In this document: positions 25,989 through 33,780 of the stretch, one piece after another
Numbering within the stretch: position 1 is the stretch's first letter
Layout of the letters: each line of letters opens with the position of its first letter
Source of the DNA: Geodermatophilus sabuli
Lineage (GTDB): Bacteria; Actinomycetota; Actinomycetes; Mycobacteriales; Geodermatophilaceae
NCBI RefSeq assembly: GCF_900215145.1
Contig: NZ_OBDO01000003.1
Span: 239,305-279,304 of the forward strand
Direction of reading: 5' to 3'
Length of the DNA: 40,000 nucleotides
Notes under the pieces: generated by a model
What the model was told of the DNA's origin: nothing
Database searches by the model: none
Seen by the model: only the letters and a program-made list of their open reading frames with translations
Made by a program: the position numbers and the translations under genes

Positions 25989-26568
25989 GCGTTTCCTCCC
26001 TGGGCTGGGGCGCGAGGGTCTGCAGACCCTCGGCGATGGACATGAACGCGCTGATCCACTCGGCGAAGGAGCGGGGATTGCTGCGGTGCACCGGCGCCGT
26101 CGTGCCGTCGATGATCACCATGACGCCGTTGTCGATGCCGCCGGCCACGGTCTGGGCCTGGGAGGTGTCGGCGTCCGGTCGAGGTGCGGCGACGACGACC
26201 AGCGTCGGCGTGTGCACCTGGCGCAGCAGCTCCCAGTAGGCGGGGTTGGACTCGTCGACCTCCGGGTCCCCGGCCAGGATGCTGATCACCTGATCGGGAC
26301 GGCGGGCGGCCAGGAGCAGTGCCCGCGGCACTGCCGCCCCGGCGGCGATCACGTGGACGGGGCGGCCGTCGAAGTCGTCGCTGATGGCGACGTCCGCCTG
26401 GGCCAGCCAGGCCTCGTCATCGGGTTCCCCGTCGGGCGCCCACTCGATGGCTCCCAGGGCGTGGACCTGGTCGAGGAACCAGTCGGCGGGCTCGGTACCC
26501 GAGCGGAGGCACAGGATGCCGCCGGCCAGGCCGTCGTGTTCCTGGGCGGTGGGCTGTTCGAGTTGCAT
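25981..26568 (-). CDS. short alpha/beta-hydrolase-fold-like protein lacking the nucleophile (195 aa)
   Basis: The start is MQLEQPTAQE at 26568. The fold-like strand order is ..GGILCLRSG.., ..VHVIAAGAAV.. (where GxSxG is expected), ..PTLVVVAAPRPD.. and ..APVHRSNPRSFAEWISAF.. The His region is retained but the Ser elbow is AAGAA. Confidence 0.55.
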   Translation of the reverse strand: MQLEQPTAQEHDGLAGGILCLRSGTEPADWFLDQVHALGAIEWAPDGEPDDEAWLAQADVAISDDFDGRPVHVIAAGAAVPRALLLAARRPDQVISILAGDPEVDESNPAYWELLRQVHTPTLVVVAAPRPDADTSQAQTVAGGIDNGVMVIIDGTTAPVHRSNPRSFAEWISAFMSIAEGLQTLAPQPREETHA

Positions 26569-26570
26569 GC

Positions 26571-28247
26571 TCAGGCCCTTCCGGTGGGGGTGGGGATGTG
26601 GACAGGCGGGGTGAAGGCGCCGGGCTTGGGTTCCAGCGCCGTCACGTCCACCTCGATGAACACAGGACGCCGCGCGGCCACCGCCTCGCGCAGCACCGGC
26701 TCGAAGGTGCTGGCGTCGCGGACCAGCCAGTAGGGCATGTCCATCGACCGTGCCAGGAGCCCGAAGTCGGGGGTGAACAGGTCTACGCCGGTGACGTCGA
26801 GTCCGTTGGCCTGCTGCATGTTGCGCAGCACTCCGTAGCCGCCGTCGTTGAACACCAGGACGACGACCCATGCACCGGTCCCGCAGAGCGAGGCCAGCTC
26901 CCCCAGGTGCACGGCCAGGCCGCCGTCTCCGGCGATGACCACCGTGGGCACCTCCGGCCGGCCGACGGCCGCGCCGATGCCCATGGCCAGCCCCTGCCCG
27001 ATGCCGCCGCCCAGCGGGAAGATGTTGGAGCTGCGGTCGTAGAACTCCAGGAGCCGGTTACCCCACTGGCTCGACGGGATGGTCACGTCTCGCGCCACGA
27101 CCGCTTCGCGGGGCAGGACGGTGCGCAACCCCCGGCAGATGTCGGCGTAGCCGCCGATGTACCCGTACAGGTCGGCTCGGACCCCCTCCCGGACAGCGCG
27201 GACCCGCTGCGGCCAGCCGGCGTCGGTAGTGGTCTCCGGCAGCCGCTCCAGCAGGGCGGCCAGCACGGCGGAGGCGTCACCGACCAGGCCGATCTCGGCG
27301 GGGTAGACCCGTCCGACGGCCGCCGGGTCGACGTCGATCTGGACGTGCCGCTTGGGCAGCTCCAGGTGGTAGCTCTTGGTCTCGTTGGACCGGAAGTGGG
27401 TGCCGATGCTGAGCATCAGGTCGGCCTCGGCCAGCAGCGGCGCGACGGCGGGGGTGCTGGCGAAGTTGCCGACCACCAGGTCGTCGTCCTCCGGGATGAT
27501 CGCCCGTCCGGAGTTGCTCGTGAGCACCCCGGCGCCGAGCCGGTGCGCGAGCGCGGTCAGTTCCGCGCGGGCTCCTGCCGCACCGCCGCCCACCCAGAGG
27601 AGCGGCCGCTCCGCGGTGGCCAGGAGCGCCGCGGCGGCGTCCAGTGCGTCCCCGTCCGGCCGCGGCGCGGAGCCCGGCTCGACGGCGTGGGGCTGCTGCT
27701 CGTCGGGCCGCGCGAGGTACTGGAGGTCCGAGGGCCACTCCACGCTCGCCGGCCCGCCGGGGATTCCGGTGATCGCGGCCAGCGCCTCCTCGAGGACCGC
27801 CTCGGCGCGGTCGGCCGACGGCACGGTCGCCGCGAACACCGAGATCGCCTCGAGCATCTGCAGTTGGCCCGGGAACTCGTGGATCACGCCTCGGGAGGGG
27901 CCGGGCGCTGACGCGTCATAGTGCTCGGAGTCGATCTGGCCGGTGATGTGCAGGACCCGGCTGCCCGCGGTCAGGGCCTCGACCATCGAGCCGGCGGCGT
28001 TGCCGGCGCCCGTGCCCGTGCTCGTGAGCGCCACGCCGATGCGGCCGGTGGCGCGGGAGTAGCCGTCGGCAGCGTTGACGACGGCGGCTTCGTGGCGCAT
28101 CTCGACGAAGCGCAGCTCGCGGGAGACGGCCTCGACCAGTGGCAGGTTGTGCACGCTGATGACGCCGAAGGCCGTGTCGATGCCGTGCCGCTTCATGACG
28201 GCGACGAGGACGTCACCGCCGGTGGGCTGGCGAGGGATGGTGGTCAT
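26571..28247 (-). CDS. thiamine-diphosphate-dependent enzyme (acetolactate synthase/benzoylformate decarboxylase superfamily)
   Basis: The Pyr domain is ..GIDTAFGVISVHNLPL..EAAVVNAADGYSR.. The PP domain carries GDGGLAVHLGELASL...VVVLVFNDGGYG (the GDG-x-N ThDP motif). The start may be 28247 (MTTIPRQ) or 28298. Confidence 0.85.
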   Translation of the reverse strand: MTTIPRQPTGGDVLVAVMKRHGIDTAFGVISVHNLPLVEAVSRELRFVEMRHEAAVVNAADGYSRATGRIGVALTSTGTGAGNAAGSMVEALTAGSRVLHITGQIDSEHYDASAPGPSRGVIHEFPGQLQMLEAISVFAATVPSADRAEAVLEEALAAITGIPGGPASVEWPSDLQYLARPDEQQPHAVEPGSAPRPDGDALDAAAALLATAERPLLWVGGGAAGARAELTALAHRLGAGVLTSNSGRAIIPEDDDLVVGNFASTPAVAPLLAEADLMLSIGTHFRSNETKSYHLELPKRHVQIDVDPAAVGRVYPAEIGLVGDASAVLAALLERLPETTTDAGWPQRVRAVREGVRADLYGYIGGYADICRGLRTVLPREAVVARDVTIPSSQWGNRLLEFYDRSSNIFPLGGGIGQGLAMGIGAAVGRPEVPTVVIAGDGGLAVHLGELASLCGTGAWVVVLVFNDGGYGVLRNMQQANGLDVTGVDLFTPDFGLLARSMDMPYWLVRDASTFEPVLREAVAARRPVFIEVDVTALEPKPGAFTPPVHIPTPTGRA

Positions 28248-28272
28248 GGGCCGTGGTCCTGTCGCAGTCGGG

Positions 28273-29055
28273 TCAGATGTATCGGGAGACGCCGCCACCG
28301 ACGTCGATGGTGGCGCCGGTGCAGTAGCTCGACAGCGGCGAGAGGAAGCTGACGATCGGGAAGGCGACCTCCTCGGCCCGGCCGAACCGGCCCAGCGCGA
28401 TGCCGCGGTCAGCGGCGATCGCAGCGGCCCACTCCTCGTAGCTCTGCGCCGTCCCGGCAGACTCGTAACGGCGCCGCCACTGCCCGGTGTCGATCAGCCC
28501 GAGGGCGACCGTGTTGACACGGATGCCGTCCGCGCCCAGATCCTGGGACAGCGTGCGGGTCAGGTTGAGCAGCGCCGCCCTGGCCGCAGAGGTGACCGCC
28601 AGGCGGGTCTCCGGCTGGCGGGCCAGGATCGCGTTGACGTTGACCACCGAGGCCGCGTCGGAGGCGGCCAGGTGCTTGCGCGCCGCCCGGATGACGTTCC
28701 AGGCTCCGAACACCTTGAGCTCGAGCTCCTCGCGGATCTGCTCGTCGGTGGTGTCGCCGATCGGGGCCATCAGCGATCGGCCGGCGTTGCACACGACGCC
28801 GTCCACACCGCCGAAGGCCGCGACGCCCTCGGCGACCATGGCTTCGACCGAATCGCGATCGACCACGTCACAGGCGGCGGCGTGCACCTGGCCGGGGCCC
28901 GGCAGGTCACCGACAGCCCGCCGGAGGCGGTCCAGGTCACGGGCCGACGCGACCACCCGGGCGCCCTCTGCCTTCAAGTAGCGGGTGGTGGCCAGACCCA
29001 CCCCCGAGCTGGCTCCGGTGACGACGACGACGCGGCCGCCCAGTTGCAGGTCCAT
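28273..29055 (-). CDS. SDR-family protein with substituted catalytic residues (atypical SDR)
   Basis: The cofactor motif VVVTGASSGVG is intact. Where SDRs carry ..SS.. and YxxxK, this protein reads ..VVNVNAILARQ.. and ..AVTSAARAALLNLTR.. That gives Ser to Ala, Tyr to Thr/Ser and Lys to Arg by eye. Confidence 0.75.
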   Translation of the reverse strand: MDLQLGGRVVVVTGASSGVGLATTRYLKAEGARVVASARDLDRLRRAVGDLPGPGQVHAAACDVVDRDSVEAMVAEGVAAFGGVDGVVCNAGRSLMAPIGDTTDEQIREELELKVFGAWNVIRAARKHLAASDAASVVNVNAILARQPETRLAVTSAARAALLNLTRTLSQDLGADGIRVNTVALGLIDTGQWRRRYESAGTAQSYEEWAAAIAADRGIALGRFGRAEEVAFPIVSFLSPLSSYCTGATIDVGGGVSRYI

Positions 29056-29178
29056 GTCAACTCCTCCCCTTGCACTTCGATGAGTTCGCTCGCACGGTCA
29101 CTGCGCTGTCTGGTTCGCTCCCGCGGGGCGCTCCGCTCCTCGCTCGTTCCTCGCTGTCGGGCTTCCGCCCCTGTCCGC

Positions 29179-29922
29179 TCACTGGGGCATCACGAAGCCG
29201 CCGTCGACGGCCACGACCTGTCCGGTGATGAACCCGGCTCGGTCCGACAGCAGGTAGGCGACGAGATCGGCGACGTCCTGCGGGGTCTGCTCGCGCGGCA
29301 GCACCCGGTTGTCGGCGTAGAGCTGGTACCGCTCGGGCGGCACGGTCTCGGTCGCCTCGACCCTGATCAGGCCCGGTGCAACGGCGTTCACCCGGATCCC
29401 GTGCGGACCGGCGTCGCGGGCCATGGTGCGGGTCATCGACATGACGGCACCCTTCGAGCCCACGTAGTGGACCAGGCGCGGGGAGCCGTAGATCGCCGTG
29501 TCGGAGGCGACGTTGACCACCGCCCCCTTCCCCTTGGCCAGCATCTGGGGCACCAACCGGGCGGACACCTGCCAGGTGCCGAGAGCGTTGACGGTCATCA
29601 CCCGGGCGAAGGCCTGGGCGTCGAGCTCCCAGAAGGTGTCTCCACCGACGCCGTCGGCCAGTGCCGCGTTGTTGACCAGCGCGTCCACGCCGCCCAGTCC
29701 CGCGGCGGCCTCGGCCAATGCGTACACCGAGTCGGGCTCGGCGATGTCGACCTCCACGGCGGTGACGTCGTGCCCTTCGGCGCGGAGCTCGGCGGCGGTC
29801 TTCTCCAGCAGCTCACCGCGGATGTCGGCCAGCAGCAGCCGGTCCCCCTCGGCGAGGAGGGTCTCGGCGATGACCCGGCCCAGCCCGCGGGCGGCACCCG
29901 TGACGACGCTGAGGCGGGTCAT
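29179..29922 (-). CDS. classical SDR oxidoreductase
   Basis: The product carries VVTGAARGLG, NNAA, ..VNVASD.. and YVGSKGAV (YxxxK). An ATGA overlap links it to the upstream hydrolase stop. Confidence 0.85.
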   Translation of the reverse strand: MTRLSVVTGAARGLGRVIAETLLAEGDRLLLADIRGELLEKTAAELRAEGHDVTAVEVDIAEPDSVYALAEAAAGLGGVDALVNNAALADGVGGDTFWELDAQAFARVMTVNALGTWQVSARLVPQMLAKGKGAVVNVASDTAIYGSPRLVHYVGSKGAVMSMTRTMARDAGPHGIRVNAVAPGLIRVEATETVPPERYQLYADNRVLPREQTPQDVADLVAYLLSDRAGFITGQVVAVDGGFVMPQ

Positions 29923-30722
29923 GCGACGGTCCTCCAGAAGTCGAGCACCGCGGCGGCCACCTCGGCCGGCCGCTCGGTGACCGCTGCGTGTCCGGCGTCC
30001 GGGACCAGGACGAACCGAGCTCCGGGGATGCGGTCGGCCAGCAGTCGGGACTCCTCGACGCCGGTGACCGTGTCGTGCTCGCCGACCAGCACCAGCGTCG
30101 GGACGGTGATCGACGGCAGTAGGGAACTGGTGTCGGTGGCCGCCATGAACTCCGCGGCCCCCTCGTAACCGGCCGGCCGCACCCGGGCCATCTCGGCACG
30201 GACGGCCTCCGCGACGGCGGGGTCGCAGCCCGGCGCCACCAGCTTCGGAGCCCGGGCTGCGGCGAACGCCTCCGGTCCCTGCGCGACGAGGTCGGCGACG
30301 CGTGCCCGCATGGTCGCGGCCTTGGCCGGGCTGGTCCCCGAGCCCCGGGTGGAGTCGGCCAGCACGAGCGTGCGCACGCGGTCCGGGTGCCGGGCGGCGA
30401 CCACTGTGGCGACGACCCCGCCCCAGGAGGTGCCCACCAGGTCGACCCGGTCCAGGTCCAGCTCGTCGAGGACGGCGAGCACCCGGGCGACGTGGTCGAC
30501 GTCGTCGGCGCCGGCCGGGTCGGCGGACTCCCCGTACCCGGGTGCGTCCCAGGCCAGGGCGCGCACCCCTCGTCCGGCGAGGACGGAGCCGAGGGCCGTG
30601 CAGGAGCGCGCGTTGCCGCCGATGCCGTGGAGCAGCAGCACGGCAGGCCCCTCCCCCTCGTCGGTGAGGGACAGGCCGCCGGCGACGTGGCGGCGCGTGG
30701 CTGAGGACGACGAGACCGCCAT
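29919..30722 (-). CDS. alpha/beta hydrolase (meta-cleavage-product hydrolase-like)
   Basis: The start is MAVSSSSATR at 30722. The product carries LLLHGIGGN, the nucleophile elbow GTSWGG, and a C-terminal ..DAGHAAVTERP.. The N-terminal extension of the track ORF is out of context. Confidence 0.85.
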   Translation of the reverse strand: MAVSSSSATRRHVAGGLSLTDEGEGPAVLLLHGIGGNARSCTALGSVLAGRGVRALAWDAPGYGESADPAGADDVDHVARVLAVLDELDLDRVDLVGTSWGGVVATVVAARHPDRVRTLVLADSTRGSGTSPAKAATMRARVADLVAQGPEAFAAARAPKLVAPGCDPAVAEAVRAEMARVRPAGYEGAAEFMAATDTSSLLPSITVPTLVLVGEHDTVTGVEESRLLADRIPGARFVLVPDAGHAAVTERPAEVAAAVLDFWRTVA

Positions 30723-30724
30723 GT

Positions 30725-31723
30725 CTAGGCCTCGACCCCGACGCCGAGTCCCGCCCCGTTGTCCGCCTCGACGGGCAGGAAGTACTCGGGCTTGACGTCG
30801 ACGAGCCCCCGCGCCCCGGGGTCCGGGATGCCGGCCATCGCCGAGCGGACCGTGGTCGTCGGTGGGCCGGCGGTGCGCCACTGGTCGGACAGCTCCGGCG
30901 TCCGCTTCCAGGTCCGGCACAGCCATGCGTCCTCGTCGACCTGGATCACCTCGGAGGTGTACTCGCAGACCAGCTGCGCCGGGTCGGTGTAGTAGGAGAA
31001 CGTGTTGTCCCCCGGCCCGTGCCGCCCCGGGCCCCACTGTGGGCTGATGCCGTGCACCTTGAGGCTGCCGATGCCCCTCATGAAGTGGTCGACCGACGTC
31101 ATCTCGTAGGCGACGTGGTTGACCGAGGCCCACGGGGCCTGGTTGAAGGCGATCACGTGGTGCTCGGGGTTGCACCGCAGGAACGACATCTGGTGCTCCG
31201 ACCAGTCGGACAGCCGCATGCCGAGCACCTGCGTGTAGAAGGCGGTGGCCCGGTCGATGTCGACGGTGTTGAGGACGACGTGCGCCAGCTTGCGCGGCAG
31301 CGCCTCGTAGCCGCCCTCGTCCCGCCGCACGACGGCGTGCACGTCGGCCGCCAACTCCACGACCCGCCCCTCGGGGTCCACCAGCGCCATGCTGTAGCCA
31401 CCGGCGGCGTCGTCGGAGCGACCGGGTTCACGCAGCAGCGGGATGCCGAGGCGCTCCAGTGCGCGGGCGGCGTCATCGATCTCCCGCGGGGTGGCGACGG
31501 CGAAGGTGACCCCGCCCAGTGAGTTCTGCGCGGCGCTCTCCAGCTTGAGGATGTGGTGCTCCTCGCTGGTGCCGCGCAGCCAGAACCGGTCGGTGTCGGC
31601 CTCGGTGAGGCCGAGCCCCCAGACCTCGTTGTAGAAGTCCTTCGAGGTGACCGGGTCGGGCACCCCCAGGGTGACCGAGCGCAGACCACGGAGCCGGACC
31701 ACGGGTGTGTCGGCGTAGTGCAT
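30725..31723 (-). CDS. type I extradiol ring-cleavage dioxygenase (two-domain VOC fold)
   Basis: The start MHYADTPV at 31723 is preceded by a GAGGAGA SD. The product carries ..LAHVVLNTVD.., ..VNHVAYEM.. and ..GPGRHGPGDNTFSYYTDP...CEY.. (a His/His/Glu pattern). A Gly-rich C-terminal tail of about 35 aa follows. Confidence 0.85.
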   Translation of the reverse strand: MHYADTPVVRLRGLRSVTLGVPDPVTSKDFYNEVWGLGLTEADTDRFWLRGTSEEHHILKLESAAQNSLGGVTFAVATPREIDDAARALERLGIPLLREPGRSDDAAGGYSMALVDPEGRVVELAADVHAVVRRDEGGYEALPRKLAHVVLNTVDIDRATAFYTQVLGMRLSDWSEHQMSFLRCNPEHHVIAFNQAPWASVNHVAYEMTSVDHFMRGIGSLKVHGISPQWGPGRHGPGDNTFSYYTDPAQLVCEYTSEVIQVDEDAWLCRTWKRTPELSDQWRTAGPPTTTVRSAMAGIPDPGARGLVDVKPEYFLPVEADNGAGLGVGVEA

Positions 31724-31770
31724 GGCTTCTCCTCGTTCGGGATGGGCGGCGGGTTGCGCCACACCGGCGG

Positions 31771-32742
31771 TCATAGGTCGAGGACGAGCTCGCGACCGCG
31801 GCAACGGGAGACGCAGACCATCATCGTTCCGGCGGCCTCGTGCTCCTCCGGCGTGAGCAGGAAGTCGCGATGGTCGACGTCGCCGCTGATGACCTTGGTC
31901 TCGCAGGTGCCGCAGATCCCCTCCGTGCAGGAGGACTCGACCGGGACGCCGGCGGCCTCCAGCGCGTCGAGCACGGACTCGTCGGGTCCGACGGCGATGC
32001 GCTCGCCCGAGGAGTGGAGGACCACGTCGAAGGCCTGGTCGGTCTCGCCCGGAGGAAGGGCACGCTCGGGGGCCTTGAAGCGCTCGAGCCGCAGGAGGCT
32101 CGGGTCCTCCATGCCCTCGGCGACCGCGTCCATCAGTGCCGTCGGGCCGCAGCAGTACACCAGCGTGCGTGGGTCCTGGCTGTGCAGGATGGCCTTGAGA
32201 TCGGGGTACCGGCCGTTCTCCTCGTCGACGTGGACGTGGAGCCGTTCCCGCGGCAGTTGCTCCACCGCCGGGAGGAAGGCCATCGTCTGCCGGCTGCGCC
32301 CGGTGTAGAGCAGCGACCACTCCGCTCCCCGGGCCTGGAGCTCCCGGACCATCGGCAGGATCGGGGTGATCCCGATCCCGCCGGCGATGAGGAAGTGCTT
32401 GGGTCCTTCGTCGAGGTGGAACGCGTTCCGTGGGCCGTCCACCGGGATGTGCGCTCCCACCGGCAGCGACTCGTGGATGTAGGCGCTCCCGCCCCGGGAG
32501 TCGGCGGTGTGCAGCACGGCCACGGTCCACTGCGTCGAGTCATACGGGTCCGAGCACAGCGAGTACTCGCGGACGAGGCCGTTCGGCAGGTGCAGGGCGA
32601 CGTGCGCCCCGGGCTTCCAGGTCGGCAGCGGCGCACCGGACGGGTCGACCAGCGTCACGCTCGTGATCCCGTCGGCCTCCCAGGCCTTCCGCTGGACACG
32701 CAGCACGTGCTGACCGGCCTCGCCCGCGAGGTTCCTCTCCAT
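31771..32742 (-). CDS. PDR/VanB-type oxidoreductase (FMN + NAD + plant-type [2Fe-2S])
   Basis: The product carries REYSLCS (FMN), LIAGGIGITPILPM (NAD) and C-terminal CTEGICGTCE...C (2Fe-2S). It is the likely electron donor for the Rieske oxygenase 6 kb downstream. Confidence 0.85.
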   Translation of the reverse strand: MERNLAGEAGQHVLRVQRKAWEADGITSVTLVDPSGAPLPTWKPGAHVALHLPNGLVREYSLCSDPYDSTQWTVAVLHTADSRGGSAYIHESLPVGAHIPVDGPRNAFHLDEGPKHFLIAGGIGITPILPMVRELQARGAEWSLLYTGRSRQTMAFLPAVEQLPRERLHVHVDEENGRYPDLKAILHSQDPRTLVYCCGPTALMDAVAEGMEDPSLLRLERFKAPERALPPGETDQAFDVVLHSSGERIAVGPDESVLDALEAAGVPVESSCTEGICGTCETKVISGDVDHRDFLLTPEEHEAAGTMMVCVSRCRGRELVLDL

Positions 32743-32786
32743 GCTCGGACTCCTGGTTCAGTGCCTGTGGATGGTGGCGGTCCGGC

Positions 32787-33326
32787 TCAGCGGGTGACGC
32801 CGTACATCTCCGACGTGGGCGGGTAGGTCGGCAGCTGCGGCTTCTGGGTGCCGATGATCACGCACATCAGCGCGTCGGTGTCACCGACGTTCTCCAGGGA
32901 GCGGGGCACTCCGGCCGGCACGCGGATCAGGTCCCGGTAGCCCAGCCTGCGGGTCGCCTTCTTGGTGCCGTCCTCGACGTCGTGCACCGACACCTCGAGC
33001 GTGCCCTCCAGGACGTAGAAGACCTCCTCCACGTCGTGGTGGGTGTGCTCCGGACCGACCGCGCCGGCGGGCAGCCGCATGTTGGAGAAGGTGAAGTGCT
33101 CCGCCGGCAGGGTCCGGCTGTCGGCCGAGTGGTCCCCGGTGGCGCCGGAACCGATGTAGCGGATCTGGGCGCGCTTGAAGCGGTCGCCGCCCTTCTCCGC
33201 CTGGAAGCCGAGGGTGTCCCAGTCCTCGTACCGGCTGTCGGCGCTGGCGATGCACGAGTCGATGAGCGACTCGAGGTCGCTGCCCTGCGCCGTGGTCGTC
33301 TGCTCGGTGGTCTTCTCCGTGGTCAC
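32787..33326 (-). CDS. cupin-domain protein
   Basis: The 179-aa product carries GPEHTHHDVEEVFYVLEGTLEV (cupin motif 1) and ..PAGVPRSLENVG.. (motif 2). Confidence 0.8.
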   Translation of the reverse strand: MTTEKTTEQTTTAQGSDLESLIDSCIASADSRYEDWDTLGFQAEKGGDRFKRAQIRYIGSGATGDHSADSRTLPAEHFTFSNMRLPAGAVGPEHTHHDVEEVFYVLEGTLEVSVHDVEDGTKKATRRLGYRDLIRVPAGVPRSLENVGDTDALMCVIIGTQKPQLPTYPPTSEMYGVTR

Positions 33327-33408
33327 TGCGGTTCTCCTGTTCTGCCGGGACTCGGTGTCGTCCCGTGCGTCGTGGTGGGGGAGCTCGGTGGGTCGGCGTG
33401 CGGGGCCC

Positions 33409-33780
33409 TCAGTGGGCGCGGCCGCGGTGGGCGATCGCCTCGATCTCGACGGTGGCCCCGTAGGGCAGCCCCGCCACCTCGACGAAGCTGCGTGCCGGCC
33501 GGGGCTCGGCGAACACCTGCTGGTAGTGCACGTTGGCCTCCGCGCGGAGGCTGACGTCGGTGACGAAGTACGTCGTCTTGACGACGTCCTCCAGGCCCAT
33601 GCCCACCGTGGCCAACCGCTCGGCGAGGCGGGCGGTCGCGGCCTCGAGGGCCTCGGTGCGGCCGGGGACGGCGACGCCGTCGGTGTCCACCGAGAGCGCG
33701 CCCGACACGAACGCCAGGTCGCCGACGGCGAAGGCCGGGCTGTAGGGGTGTGCGCCGCTGATCTGTGTGCTCGTGCTCAT
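33409..33780 (-). CDS. RidA/YjgF family protein (paralog 2; 2-aminomuconate-deaminase-like context)
   Basis: The start MSTSTQISG at 33780 forms an ATGA overlap with the aldehyde dehydrogenase stop. The product carries ..GDLAFVSGAL.. and ..RSFVEVAGLPYGATVEIEAIA.. Confidence 0.8.
   Translation of the reverse strand: MSTSTQISGAHPYSPAFAVGDLAFVSGALSVDTDGVAVPGRTEALEAATARLAERLATVGMGLEDVVKTTYFVTDVSLRAEANVHYQQVFAEPRPARSFVEVAGLPYGATVEIEAIAHRGRAH

Noticed and set aside
28075-30168. 697-aa plus-strand ORF spanning the ThDP, SDR, SDR and hydrolase genes in antisense
   Set aside because: It crosses four well-supported minus-strand genes and two intergenic gaps. Its composition is typical of antisense GC-rich frames.
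30723-32530. Long N-terminal extensions of track ORFs 29919..31175 and 30725..32530, and the fused ORF 38226..39983
   Set aside because: The extensions read through upstream genes in other frames. Internal ATG/GTG starts with SD motifs, or 4-nt overlaps, give products of canonical length.
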